Source: Acidaminococcales bacterium (lineage in GTDB: Bacteria > Bacillota > Negativicutes > Acidaminococcales > JAISLQ01). From it: DNA of 64,000 nucleotides. The position numbers and the translations under genes are program-made. The stretch spans positions 1,790 to 65,789 of the forward strand of contig JAISLQ010000072.1 of the NCBI GenBank assembly GCA_031290885.1, written 5' to 3'. A model generated the notes under the pieces. The model saw only the letters and a program-made list of their open reading frames with translations, was not told where the DNA came from and did not search any database. Shown in pieces: positions 55,682 to 64,000 of the stretch (within the stretch, counting starts at the first letter, position 1; every line of letters starts with the position of its first letter).

Positions 55682-57253
55682 ATGGCTGACAATCGAAAAG
55701 AAGCAGAACGCACGGAACTTCACCGTGTCATATGGAGCATAGCCAACGACCTGCGCGGTTCTGTGGATGGGTGGGATTTTAAGCAATACGTCCTCGGCAT
55801 ATTGTTCTACCGATATATCTCGGAGAATTTGTCGGGGTACATCAATGCGGGGGAGCGCGAAGCGGGCAACCCCTCTTTTGAGTATGCCAAGCTGTCCGAT
55901 GGCGATGCCGAATCAGCCCGTGAGGATTTAGTCGCCACGAAAGGTTTCTTTATCCTGCCGTCTGAACTGTTTGAAAACCTGCGGGCAAAGGCGGCAAACG
56001 ACCCCGACCTCAATGTAACGCTCGAAAACATCTTCAAGCATATAGAAGCATCGGCACAGGGAACGCCGAGTGAAGCAAACTTCAAAGGCTTGTTTGATGA
56101 CATCGATGTTAACAGCAATAAACTCGGTGGCTCGGTCGCCAAACGAAACGAGCAAATCGTCAAACTATTGAATGGCATCGGTGAAATGAAGCTTGGCGAT
56201 TACAAAGAGAACACAATCGACCTTTTCGGCGACGCTTACGAGTACCTTATGGGCATGTACGCAAGCAATGCGGGCAAAAGCGGCGGCGAATATTACACGC
56301 CGCAAGAAGTTTCCGAACTGCTCACCCTCCTGACGATAGTTGGCAAAACCGTTGTGAACAAAGTATATGACCCGGCTTGCGGTTCGGGCTCGCTGCTCTT
56401 GAAATTTGCCAAAATACTCGGCAAAGATAACGTCCGCAACGGCTTTTTCGGGCAGGAAATCAATCTGACGACTTACAATCTCTGTCGTATCAATATGTTC
56501 CTGCATGACATAGACTATGACAAATTCGATATAGCGCACGGCGACACAATGCTTGAACCGCAGCATTGGGATGACGAGCCGTTTGAGGCTATCGTATCGA
56601 ATCCGCCGTACTCCCACACTTGGGCGGGCGACGGCAATCCGTTACTTATCAACGACCCGCGTTTTTCCCCTGCCGGAGTGCTTGCGCCCAAGAGCAAAGA
56701 GGACTTCGCGTTTATAATGCACGGGCTTTCGTGGCTTGCGACGAATGGCACGGCGGCGTATGTCGTGTTTCCCGGCATACTCTATCGCGGCGGCGCGGAA
56801 CAGAAAATCCGCAAATACCTCATAGACAACAACTTCGTGGACTGCGTGATTCAACTGCCGGACAACCTCTTTTTTGGCACGAGCATAGCGACGTGCATAA
56901 TGGTACTCCGAAAAGCGAAATCCGATAACTCGACCCTGTTCATTGACGCGAGCCGCGAGTTCGTAAAGGTAACGAACAGCAACAAACTGGCCGCTGACAA
57001 CATTGATAAAATCGTCGCGGCATACACGACACGCGGGAGTATGGACTACTTTACCCGCCTTGTTCCGAATGGTGAAATTGCAGAGCAGAGTTATAACCTT
57101 TCCGTATCGACTTACGTCACGCAAGAGGATAAGCGCGAGATTATCGACATAACCGAGTTGAACGCCGAAATTGAGCGTATAGTCGCCCGCGAAGACGTTC
57201 TGCGCCGTGAAATTGCTGCAATTGTCGCGGATATTGAGGGAGGCGCAAGATAA
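55682..57253 (+). CDS. hsdM: type I restriction-modification system methyltransferase subunit HsdM
   Basis: AdoMet motif DPACGSGSLL, catalytic NPPY (VSNPPYS), and an HsdM N-terminal domain. Confidence 0.93.
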   Translation: MADNRKEAERTELHRVIWSIANDLRGSVDGWDFKQYVLGILFYRYISENLSGYINAGEREAGNPSFEYAKLSDGDAESAREDLVATKGFFILPSELFENLRAKAANDPDLNVTLENIFKHIEASAQGTPSEANFKGLFDDIDVNSNKLGGSVAKRNEQIVKLLNGIGEMKLGDYKENTIDLFGDAYEYLMGMYASNAGKSGGEYYTPQEVSELLTLLTIVGKTVVNKVYDPACGSGSLLLKFAKILGKDNVRNGFFGQEINLTTYNLCRINMFLHDIDYDKFDIAHGDTMLEPQHWDDEPFEAIVSNPPYSHTWAGDGNPLLINDPRFSPAGVLAPKSKEDFAFIMHGLSWLATNGTAAYVVFPGILYRGGAEQKIRKYLIDNNFVDCVIQLPDNLFFGTSIATCIMVLRKAKSDNSTLFIDASREFVKVTNSNKLAADNIDKIVAAYTTRGSMDYFTRLVPNGEIAEQSYNLSVSTYVTQEDKREIIDITELNAEIERIVAREDVLRREIAAIVADIEGGAR

Positions 57254-58350
57254 TGGAAAACAGCTTGACGCTCTATGCGCCTTTTGTAAAAGAAATAAAA
57301 GACCTTATCTATCGCCGCCAGTATGAGGCGATGAATAAGGTCAACGCCGAACTCATACAGCTTTACTGGGAAATCGGCGAGGAAATTTACGCCCAACAGC
57401 AGGAAAAGGGTTGGGGGAAGTCTGTCGTTGAGGTTTTGTCGAAAGAACTTCAAAAAGAATTTCCGGGAGTGTCGGGATTTTCGGCGCGTAATCTCTGGCG
57501 TATGCGTAATTTCTATGTCGAATACGCGCAAACCGAAAAGCTGCCACCATTGGTTGCAGAAATTCAAAAGCCAATTCTGCCACCGTTGGTGGCAGAAATA
57601 AGCTGGTCGAAAAACTGCGCAATTATGGAAAAATGCAAAGACCATAGTGAGCGCGAGTTTTATATCAAAATGACGCGGCGTTACGGTTGGATAAAGGACG
57701 TGCTGATAAACAATATCGAGAACAAGGCGTTTGAGCGGTATCTCGCCAATCAAACGAACTTTGACGAAACCGTACCCGAAAAGTACAGGCTTCAAGCGAA
57801 ACTCGCCGTCAAGGACGATTACAACTTCGACTTCATTGAGATGGGTATCGAACACAGCGAGGCGGAGGTAGAAGCGGGGATTGTCAACAACATTCGGGCG
57901 TTCCTTGCCGAAATGGGCGGCGACTTTGCCTTTATTGGCAACCAATACCGCATTGACGTGGACGACGACGATTACTATATAGACCTGCTCCTGTTCCACA
58001 GGCGGCTGCGCTCTCTTATTGCGATTGAACTCAAAATCGGCGAGTTTATCCCCGAATGCGTCGGGAAAAATGCAGTGCTTGATGAACTCGTTAAACTGCC
58101 TGACGAGAACCCGTCTATCGGGATTATCATCTGCAAGAGCAAGAAACGGACGCGGGTGGAGTATACGCTGAAAACCGCCAACAAACCAATCGGCGTGGCG
58201 ACGTACTCATTCACCGACAGCTTGCCGGAGGATTTGCGAAACCTGTTGCCCTCTCCGGACGAGATAGCGAGCATTGTCGCAGAGTTTGACAATGCGACAA
58301 ACGAACTCACGGAGAACGCAGGGGGTAAAGAAAATGGCGAGATTAGCTGA
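57253..58350 (+). CDS. YhcG-like PDDEXK nuclease domain protein (DUF1016) embedded in the type I R-M operon
   Basis: N-terminal DUF1016 helices (LIQLYWEIGEEI...GFSARNLWRMRNFY). C-terminal nuclease core (DLLLFHRRLRSLIAIELKIGEF...PSIGIIICK...NKPIGVATY). Its start overlaps the hsdM stop (TAATG). Confidence 0.85.
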   Translation: MENSLTLYAPFVKEIKDLIYRRQYEAMNKVNAELIQLYWEIGEEIYAQQQEKGWGKSVVEVLSKELQKEFPGVSGFSARNLWRMRNFYVEYAQTEKLPPLVAEIQKPILPPLVAEISWSKNCAIMEKCKDHSEREFYIKMTRRYGWIKDVLINNIENKAFERYLANQTNFDETVPEKYRLQAKLAVKDDYNFDFIEMGIEHSEAEVEAGIVNNIRAFLAEMGGDFAFIGNQYRIDVDDDDYYIDLLLFHRRLRSLIAIELKIGEFIPECVGKNAVLDELVKLPDENPSIGIIICKSKKRTRVEYTLKTANKPIGVATYSFTDSLPEDLRNLLPSPDEIASIVAEFDNATNELTENAGGKENGEIS

Positions 58351-58659
58351 TATTCTTTCAAAGCCATCATCTGCGGAATTCGTTCAGATAGACGGCTTTA
58401 TAAAGTTGACGCCGAGTGCCATATAATACCCCGTCAATTTTCCGACGATGGTTATAGGTTGTTCAGCGAGTTAAGCGAAATTGTACACGGCGATTATGAT
58501 GAAGATGTGGCGATTCAGAAATTCGAGCCGTTGCATACGTTGGTAGTCGGTATACTTGAAAACATAAAAGCTGACGATAAGCTAAATAAAGCCATCGGCA
58601 TATTGGGTTGGAACACCCAAAACGGAGGAACAGTCCAATGTCTAAACTCGACGCGCTGA
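58334..58659 (+). pseudogene. possible frameshifted small ORF between yhcG-like gene and hsdS
   Basis: ATG 58334 gives MARLADILSKPSSAEFVQIDGFIKLTPSAI*. A second frame continues AECHIIPRQFSDDGYRLFSELSEIVHGDYDEDVAIQKFEPLH...AIGILGWN. No family was recognised. Confidence 0.25.
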
Positions 58660-59864
58660 TCAAAGAACATTGCCCGAACGGGGTAAAGTATGCTACGCTT
58701 GGTGAAATCGGCACTATAACCAGAGGAAGCGGGCTATCCAAGAGTGATTTCACTAAATCTGGGATACCATGTATTCATTACGGGCAGATTTACACCTATT
58801 ATGGTACTTTTGCAACTGCTACCAAGTCTTTCGTTTCGCCCGAACTGGCGGCGCGGTTGAAGACGGTCGGCAAGGGCGATATTATCATTGCTGTTACGAG
58901 CGAGAATATTGAAGATGTTTGCAAATGCGTAGTGTGGCTTGGTGACACGGATATTGTTACGGGCGGTCATACTGCCATCTTCAAACACAGTCAAAACCCG
59001 AAGTACGTTGCCTACTGGTTTCAAACCAAGGCGTTTTTTGAGCAGAAACGCAAAATCGCCCACGGCACAAAGGTGATTGAGGTTACGCCCAAGCATCTTG
59101 AGGGGATAAAAATCCCCCTCCCGCCGCTGCCCGTGCAGCGTAAAATTGTCGAGGTGCTCGACAATTTTACGGAGCTTGCAGCGGAGCTTGCAGCGGAGCT
59201 TGCAGCAAGAAAAAAACAATATGAATATTATCGAAATTACCTCTTGACATTCAACCCCGACGCGAACACAATCTTAACAAACAAACAACGGGCAAAGTGG
59301 GTAACGCTTGGAGAGATAGGACGGGTAGCGATGTGCAAACGGATAATGAAAGCTGAAACGTCATCCAATGGCGATGTGCCATTTTATAAAATCGGGACTT
59401 TTGGGAAAACGCCGGACGCGTATATATCTACCGAAACCTACGAGCGTTACAAGCGCGACTACTCGTACCCAAAGAAGGGCGATGTATTGATTTCAGCAGC
59501 AGGGACAATTGGCAGAGCGGTTATTTTTGACGGCGAGCCGGCCTACTATCAGGATTCAAACATCGTGTGGCTTGAACATGACGAAAGCAAAGTCCTGAAC
59601 AAGTATCTGTATTACTGCTATCAGCTTGCGCCGTGGCACGTTTCAACAGGCGGGACGATTGCGCGTCTATATAACGACAACATTACAAAGGCGAGTATCC
59701 CCGTGCCGCCGCTTGACGAGCAGGAGCGCATAGTCGCAATCCTTGACCGCTTTGACGCCCTTGCAAACGACATCGCCACAGGGCTTCCCGCCGAAATCGC
59801 GGCGCGCAAGCGGCAGTACGAATATTACCGCGACAAACTATTGGCCTTTAAGGAGTGCGCTTGA
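58638..59864 (+). CDS. hsdS: type I restriction-modification system specificity subunit HsdS
   Basis: Two target-recognition domains separated and followed by conserved helices (ELAARKKQYEYYRNYLL and EIAARKRQYEYYRDKLL). ATG 58638 follows GGAGGA. Confidence 0.9.
   Translation: MSKLDALIKEHCPNGVKYATLGEIGTITRGSGLSKSDFTKSGIPCIHYGQIYTYYGTFATATKSFVSPELAARLKTVGKGDIIIAVTSENIEDVCKCVVWLGDTDIVTGGHTAIFKHSQNPKYVAYWFQTKAFFEQKRKIAHGTKVIEVTPKHLEGIKIPLPPLPVQRKIVEVLDNFTELAAELAAELAARKKQYEYYRNYLLTFNPDANTILTNKQRAKWVTLGEIGRVAMCKRIMKAETSSNGDVPFYKIGTFGKTPDAYISTETYERYKRDYSYPKKGDVLISAAGTIGRAVIFDGEPAYYQDSNIVWLEHDESKVLNKYLYYCYQLAPWHVSTGGTIARLYNDNITKASIPVPPLDEQERIVAILDRFDALANDIATGLPAEIAARKRQYEYYRDKLLAFKECA
59172..59207 (+). 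repeat. 3 x 12-bp tandem repeat (GAGCTTGCAGCG) in the central conserved region of hsdS
   Basis: gagcttgcagcg gagcttgcagcg gagcttgcagca encodes (ELAA)x3 at the central coiled-coil spacer. Confidence 0.9.
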
Positions 59865-62800
59865 TGAGCCAAGTGAACATCGTCGCCGAAACGCCGCTTG
59901 AAACCGTCGTGGCGGAGTACGCCCCCGTTGGCAGCCGCTCGGACGCTTACCAGTCCGAGGCGGCGCTTGAGGCGGAATTTATCCGCCTGCTGGCCGCGCA
60001 GGGTTATGAGCATGTGAACATCGCGAGCGAAGCGGCGTTAATCGAAAACCTGCGCCGCCAGCTTGAGCGGCTTAACAATATGGCCTTTGCCGATGCGGAA
60101 TGGCAAAGGTTCTTTTCCTCGTGCGTCGCCAACGCCAACGAGGGCATTGTTGATAAAACGCGCCGCATTCAGGACGATTATGTGCAAATTTTGCGCCGCG
60201 ACGACGGCACGACGAAAAACGTCTATCTGCTCGACAAGAAACACATTCACAACAACCGTCTGCAAGCGATCAACCAATACGAAACCGGGGACGGGACGTA
60301 TAAGAACCGCTATGACGTTACTATTCTCGTCAACGGTATGCCGCTCGTACATATCGAGCTTAAGCGGCGCGGCGTGGCAATCCGCGAAGCGTTCAACCAA
60401 ATAAGCCGCTATCAGCGCGACAGCTTTTGGGCGGGGTCGGGTCTGTTCGAGTACGTGCAGATTTTCGTTATATCGAACGGCACGCACACGAAATATTACA
60501 GCAACACCACCCGCGAACTTTCCGTCAAAGAAGCGGCCGGCGTCCGCAAAACCAGGAAAACGTCCAACAGCTTCGAGTTTACGTCCTTTTGGGCGGACGC
60601 GAGCAACAAGGTCATCGCCGACCTCGTTGACTTCACAAAGACGTTTTTCGCCAAGCACACGATTTTGAATATCCTCACGCGCTATTGCGTGTTTACAAGC
60701 GAGGAACTGCTGCTCGTTATGCGCCCGTACCAAATTGCGGCGACGGAGCGGATTTTGAACCGTATTGAGATAGCGAACAACTATAAAAAATACGGTTCGG
60801 TTGACGGCGGCGGCTACATTTGGCACACTACGGGGAGCGGCAAGACGCTCACCAGCTTTAAGGCCGCGCAGCTTGCCGCAAGGCTTGACTATATCGATAA
60901 AGTGATATTTGTCGTTGACCGCAAAGACCTTGACTATCAGACAATGAAAGAATACGACCGCTTCCAGAAAGGCGCGGCGAACGGCAACAGTTCCACGCGG
61001 GTCCTGGCCCGTCAATTGGAGGACAGGGACGAAAAGGGCAACCCGCATATTTACAGCCTTATCGTCACGACGATTCAGAAGCTCGGCGTGTTTATCTCCA
61101 AAAACAAGGCGCACGACATTTTCAAAAAGCGCGTCGCGCTTATTTTCGACGAATGCCATCGCTCACAGTTCGGCGATATGCACACGGCAATAACCAAGAC
61201 GTTCAAAAATTACCATATATTCGGCTTTACGGGTACGCCGATTTTCGCCGCCAACTCGTCAAGCGGCGGCAATCCGCTTTTGAAAACGACGGCGCAGGCG
61301 TTTGGCGACAAGCTCCACAGCTATACGATAGTGGACGCGATCAACGATGGCAACGTCCTGCCGTTCAGGATTGATTTCATTAACACCGTCAGGGAAAAGG
61401 ACGGCGTAGCGGACAAGAAAATCAGCGCGATTGACGCGGAACGCGCCTTGCTCGACCCGCACCGCATATCGCTTGTGACGGATTATATCCTTGCCCATTT
61501 CGACCAAAAGACGAAACGGAGCGAGCATTACACGGTCAAGGGCAAACGCCTTGCCGGATTTAACTCCATATTCGCCGTGTCGGGCATACCTGCGGCGAAG
61601 CTGTACTATGAGGAGTTCAAGAACCGCAGCCACGGTTTGAAAGCGGCAACCATATTCAGCTACGCCGCCAATGAGGAGGACGCCGACGAGGAATTTGACA
61701 ACGACAGGCTTGACAAAAACAGCCGCGATTTCCTTGAAGCGGCCATCGCGGACTATAACGCGATGTTCGCCACCAACTTCGATACCTCTGCGGATAAATT
61801 TCAGAATTATTACAAAGACCTTTCGCAGAGGGTAAAAGATCGCGAAGTTGATTTGCTTGTCGTGGTCAATATGTTCCTCACGGGCTTTGACGCTACGACG
61901 CTTAACACGCTGTGGGTTGACAAAAATTTGCGTCAGCACGGCTTGCTCCAAGCGTTCAGCCGCACCAACCGCATACTGAACAGCGTCAAGACTTTCGGCA
62001 ACATCGTGTGCTTTCGCGACTTGAAACAAGCGACCGATGATGCGATTGCGCTCTTCGGCAACCGCGAGGCGGGCGGCATTGTGGTGATCCGCACGTTCCG
62101 CGAGTATATGGAAGGCTACGAAAAAGGCGGCGAGCACAAGCCGGGATATATTGAGCTTATCAAAACGCTTGCAACCGATTTCCCGCTCGACCGGCCGATT
62201 GTCGGGGAGGAAAACCAAAAGGAGTTTATCAAGCTGTTCGGCGCGATACTTAGGCTCAGGAACGTGCTTGCGGCGTTTGACGAGTTCGAGGGCAACGAAA
62301 GAATCGCCGAACGGGATTATCAGGACTATCAAGGCGTGTACCTTGACCTGAAGGACAAGTTCCGTCCCGAAGGCGGCGAGCGCGAGGAAATAAACGACGA
62401 CATTGAGTTTGAACTTGAACTTATCCGGCAAATCGAGGTCAATATCGACTATATCCTTATCCTTGTAGCCAAGTACAAGGACAGCAACTGCAAGGACAAG
62501 AGCATACTTGACAGCATTTATGCAGCTGTGCGTTCAAGCGTCCGTCTCCGCAGCAAGAAAGAACTGATTGAAGAGTTCATAAGCCGGGTAAACGTCCAGA
62601 CAGAGGTCGAGGACGACTGGCAGAAATTCGTCCGGGAAGAAGCCGAAAAGGACTTGCGAAGCCTTATCGCCGAGGAGAATCTCAAAGACGGCGAGACAAG
62701 AAAGTTCATGGAAAACGCCTTCCGCGACGGCGCGGTTAAAACGACCGGAACGGACGTCGATAAAATTTTGCCGCCGGCGTCGCGCTTCGGAGGGGGCAAC

Positions 62801-62872
62801 AGGCAGGAGAAGAAACAAGGCGTTGTCGCCAAGCTCTTGAAATTCTTTGAGAAATATTTCGGGGCAGTCTGA
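59864..62872 (+). CDS. hsdR: type I restriction endonuclease subunit HsdR
   Basis: N-terminal nuclease domain (DVTILVNGMPLVHIELKRRG). SF2 helicase motifs (TTGSGKT, DECHRSQ, GFTGTP, FSRTNR). The ATG overlaps the hsdS stop (TGATG). Confidence 0.93.
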   Translation: MSQVNIVAETPLETVVAEYAPVGSRSDAYQSEAALEAEFIRLLAAQGYEHVNIASEAALIENLRRQLERLNNMAFADAEWQRFFSSCVANANEGIVDKTRRIQDDYVQILRRDDGTTKNVYLLDKKHIHNNRLQAINQYETGDGTYKNRYDVTILVNGMPLVHIELKRRGVAIREAFNQISRYQRDSFWAGSGLFEYVQIFVISNGTHTKYYSNTTRELSVKEAAGVRKTRKTSNSFEFTSFWADASNKVIADLVDFTKTFFAKHTILNILTRYCVFTSEELLLVMRPYQIAATERILNRIEIANNYKKYGSVDGGGYIWHTTGSGKTLTSFKAAQLAARLDYIDKVIFVVDRKDLDYQTMKEYDRFQKGAANGNSSTRVLARQLEDRDEKGNPHIYSLIVTTIQKLGVFISKNKAHDIFKKRVALIFDECHRSQFGDMHTAITKTFKNYHIFGFTGTPIFAANSSSGGNPLLKTTAQAFGDKLHSYTIVDAINDGNVLPFRIDFINTVREKDGVADKKISAIDAERALLDPHRISLVTDYILAHFDQKTKRSEHYTVKGKRLAGFNSIFAVSGIPAAKLYYEEFKNRSHGLKAATIFSYAANEEDADEEFDNDRLDKNSRDFLEAAIADYNAMFATNFDTSADKFQNYYKDLSQRVKDREVDLLVVVNMFLTGFDATTLNTLWVDKNLRQHGLLQAFSRTNRILNSVKTFGNIVCFRDLKQATDDAIALFGNREAGGIVVIRTFREYMEGYEKGGEHKPGYIELIKTLATDFPLDRPIVGEENQKEFIKLFGAILRLRNVLAAFDEFEGNERIAERDYQDYQGVYLDLKDKFRPEGGEREEINDDIEFELELIRQIEVNIDYILILVAKYKDSNCKDKSILDSIYAAVRSSVRLRSKKELIEEFISRVNVQTEVEDDWQKFVREEAEKDLRSLIAEENLKDGETRKFMENAFRDGAVKTTGTDVDKILPPASRFGGGNRQEKKQGVVAKLLKFFEKYFGAV

Positions 62873-63120
62873 TTATTGTTCGGCCTTACGAGCTTTGCTT
62901 TGACGGGTTGCGGAAACAATCCGTTGCTGCGGCTGGAACTCACGGGTGCGCAAAACGCATCGATGACGGCGGCATTTCCTTGATGGCTTTATGAAGTTAC
63001 TCGAGCAAATTGAACCACAAGCAGTAATCGCGCACGGCGCGACGAACGATTGGATGCTTCCGCCACTATTCGCCATAGACGCAAATATGGTCCGCTTTGA
63101 AAGATATTTCTAAAACTCGC

Positions 63121-63894
63121 TGCGCTGCGCCGTATGCGGGACAAATACTTTTCGGGGCCAAATGCGGTTTTATTGTCGTGGTCGGAAAGATATTTGTACT
63201 TCGCGTGCTTCGTTATATCGTATTTGCTCTATAAAAACGAACGCACACCGCACAAGGATAGAATACACTTGCCCCCATCCATGACCGCTATTTCGTCCTG
63301 TGACATGAGTTCTTTTCCCAACTTTTGATAATTAAGGCCGTAGGATTGCGATTGTCCTTGGTTTTCGGAAGTATTAAAAGCGTCGATTGTTCCTTTGCCT
63401 AAAAGCTCCGAGATTTCCTTTAGAGTGCCTTTCTCTTTTCCGCCTAAAAACAAGGTTGTATGGCAATTTCCGATTATGGTATCCGCGTGGTCTTTATAAA
63501 TTGCCCGCAACTGGCTCCGTGCCTGTACTATCAAAGCGGCTGATATTTCCCTGCTGCGGAGTACGGAAATTAAATGCTGCATATCGGGAATTTTTATGTT
63601 TGCAAATTCATCAAGCAAGCAGCGAACATGAACAGGAAAACGCCCGCCGTATTCATCATCTGCCTTTGTACAAAGCGTGTTCATCATCTGCATAATTACC
63701 ATTGACGATAGAAAATCAAAAGTGCTGTCGGTGTCGCTTGTGATAACAAAAAAAGCGGCCTTGCGGTCGCCAAGCGTATCAAGCTCTAATTCGTCGTATA
63801 CCATGAGGTCGCGGAGTTCCTTTATATCGAAAGGCGAAAGTCGCGCCCCGCATAAAATTAGTATGCTTTTTGCCGTTTTTCCCGAAACAAAATG
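63121..63894 (-). pseudogene. VirD4/TraG-type type IV coupling protein, N-terminally truncated and interrupted by an in-frame TAG
   Basis: The minus strand reads GKTAKSILILCGARLSPFDIKELRDLMVYDELELDTLGDRKAAFFVI...VHVRCLLDEFANI...CILSLCGVRSFL, then TAG at 63229-63231, then SKYDITKHAKYKYLSD. Only the C-terminal third of a Firmicutes T4CP is present. A stop lies at 63895-63897 upstream. Confidence 0.8.
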
Positions 63895-63902
63895 TCAAGG
63901 AC

Positions 63903-63922
63903 TTTCTAATCGGTGAGAACAG
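63903..63922. repeat. solitary copy of the MITE terminal motif next to the T4CP truncation point
   Basis: tttctaatcggtgagaacag compared with ttttaatctgagaacag at 21235-21251 and 36066-36082. The differences are one substitution and a 2-nt insertion. Confidence 0.3.
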
Positions 63923-64000
63923 AATTTACAGTTTGTTCACACAAATTCGTATTCCACAACGTACCTTTCCCAATCACACCAACTATCTCATGGCAAATGA

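Noticed and set aside
60038-62431. Two long minus-strand ORFs (373 and 390 aa) inside hsdR
   Set aside because: They are antisense to a complete HsdR gene with all helicase motifs. Their translations look like typical antisense artefacts.
62970-63112. Plus-strand fragment ...FLDGFMKLLEQIEPQAVIAHGATNDWMLPPLFAIDANMVRFERYF* between hsdR and the T4CP pseudogene
   Set aside because: It reads like a protein C-terminus but has an in-frame stop just upstream, no RBS and no family I can name. It is probably another gene remnant of the decayed element.

Overview
The window looks like a chromosomal segment of a Firmicutes-type genome. It also encodes a classical outer-membrane autotransporter, so the host is probably a diderm, Negativicutes-like organism; this is inferred from gene content only. 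All calls come from reading the ORF translations and the DNA by eye. No searches or statistics were run, and start codons were chosen from visible RBS/ATG context.

Left half, plus strand (housekeeping):
- remA (partial)-gmk-rpoZ-coaBC.
- An orphan ORF, an MFS transporter, a two-domain PPK2 and a radical SAM protein.
- The tail of the division (dcw) cluster: pgeF-ylmE-sepF-proC-ylmH-divIVA, then a histidine phosphatase.
- A minus-strand autotransporter that is divergent from rnj.
- ftsK, a rodZ-like gene, ygiQ, rimO, cinA, a DEAD-box helicase, hflX, a ynbB-like gene, a large membrane protein, a PRC-barrel protein and a VanW/G5 protein.

Right half, minus strand:
- A livJHMGF branched-chain amino-acid transporter operon followed by an M20 peptidase and a GNAT acetyltransferase.
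- Pyruvate:ferredoxin oxidoreductase.
- A roughly 8.6 kb operon: cysK, nifH-like, nifK-like, nifD-like, a tandem-DUF2292 protein, a NifX-like protein and a NitT/TauT-type ABC transporter.

Right end (accessory DNA): a type I restriction-modification operon (hsdM, yhcG-like nuclease, hsdS, hsdR), then a decayed VirD4/TraG coupling-protein pseudogene.

Most interesting observations:
1. The long leader of the autotransporter gene holds two tandem 122-bp cassettes, each flanked by about 30-bp inverted pseudo-palindromic sites. One cassette carries an orientation-dependent terminator, so this is a candidate invertible switch.
2. The nitrogenase-like operon is embedded in sulfur-assimilation and transport genes. 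It resembles methylthio-alkane-reductase (Mar) type systems but has a different gene order and extra components.
3. A MITE-like intergenic element of about 135-160 nt is present twice in opposite orientation. A third copy of its terminal motif sits at the truncation point of the coupling-protein pseudogene.
4. The HflX N-terminal extension carries an exact JAB/JAMM metalloprotease motif.
5. hsdS has a 3 x 12-bp repeat in its spacer-determining region.

No rRNA, tRNA or CRISPR array was seen.
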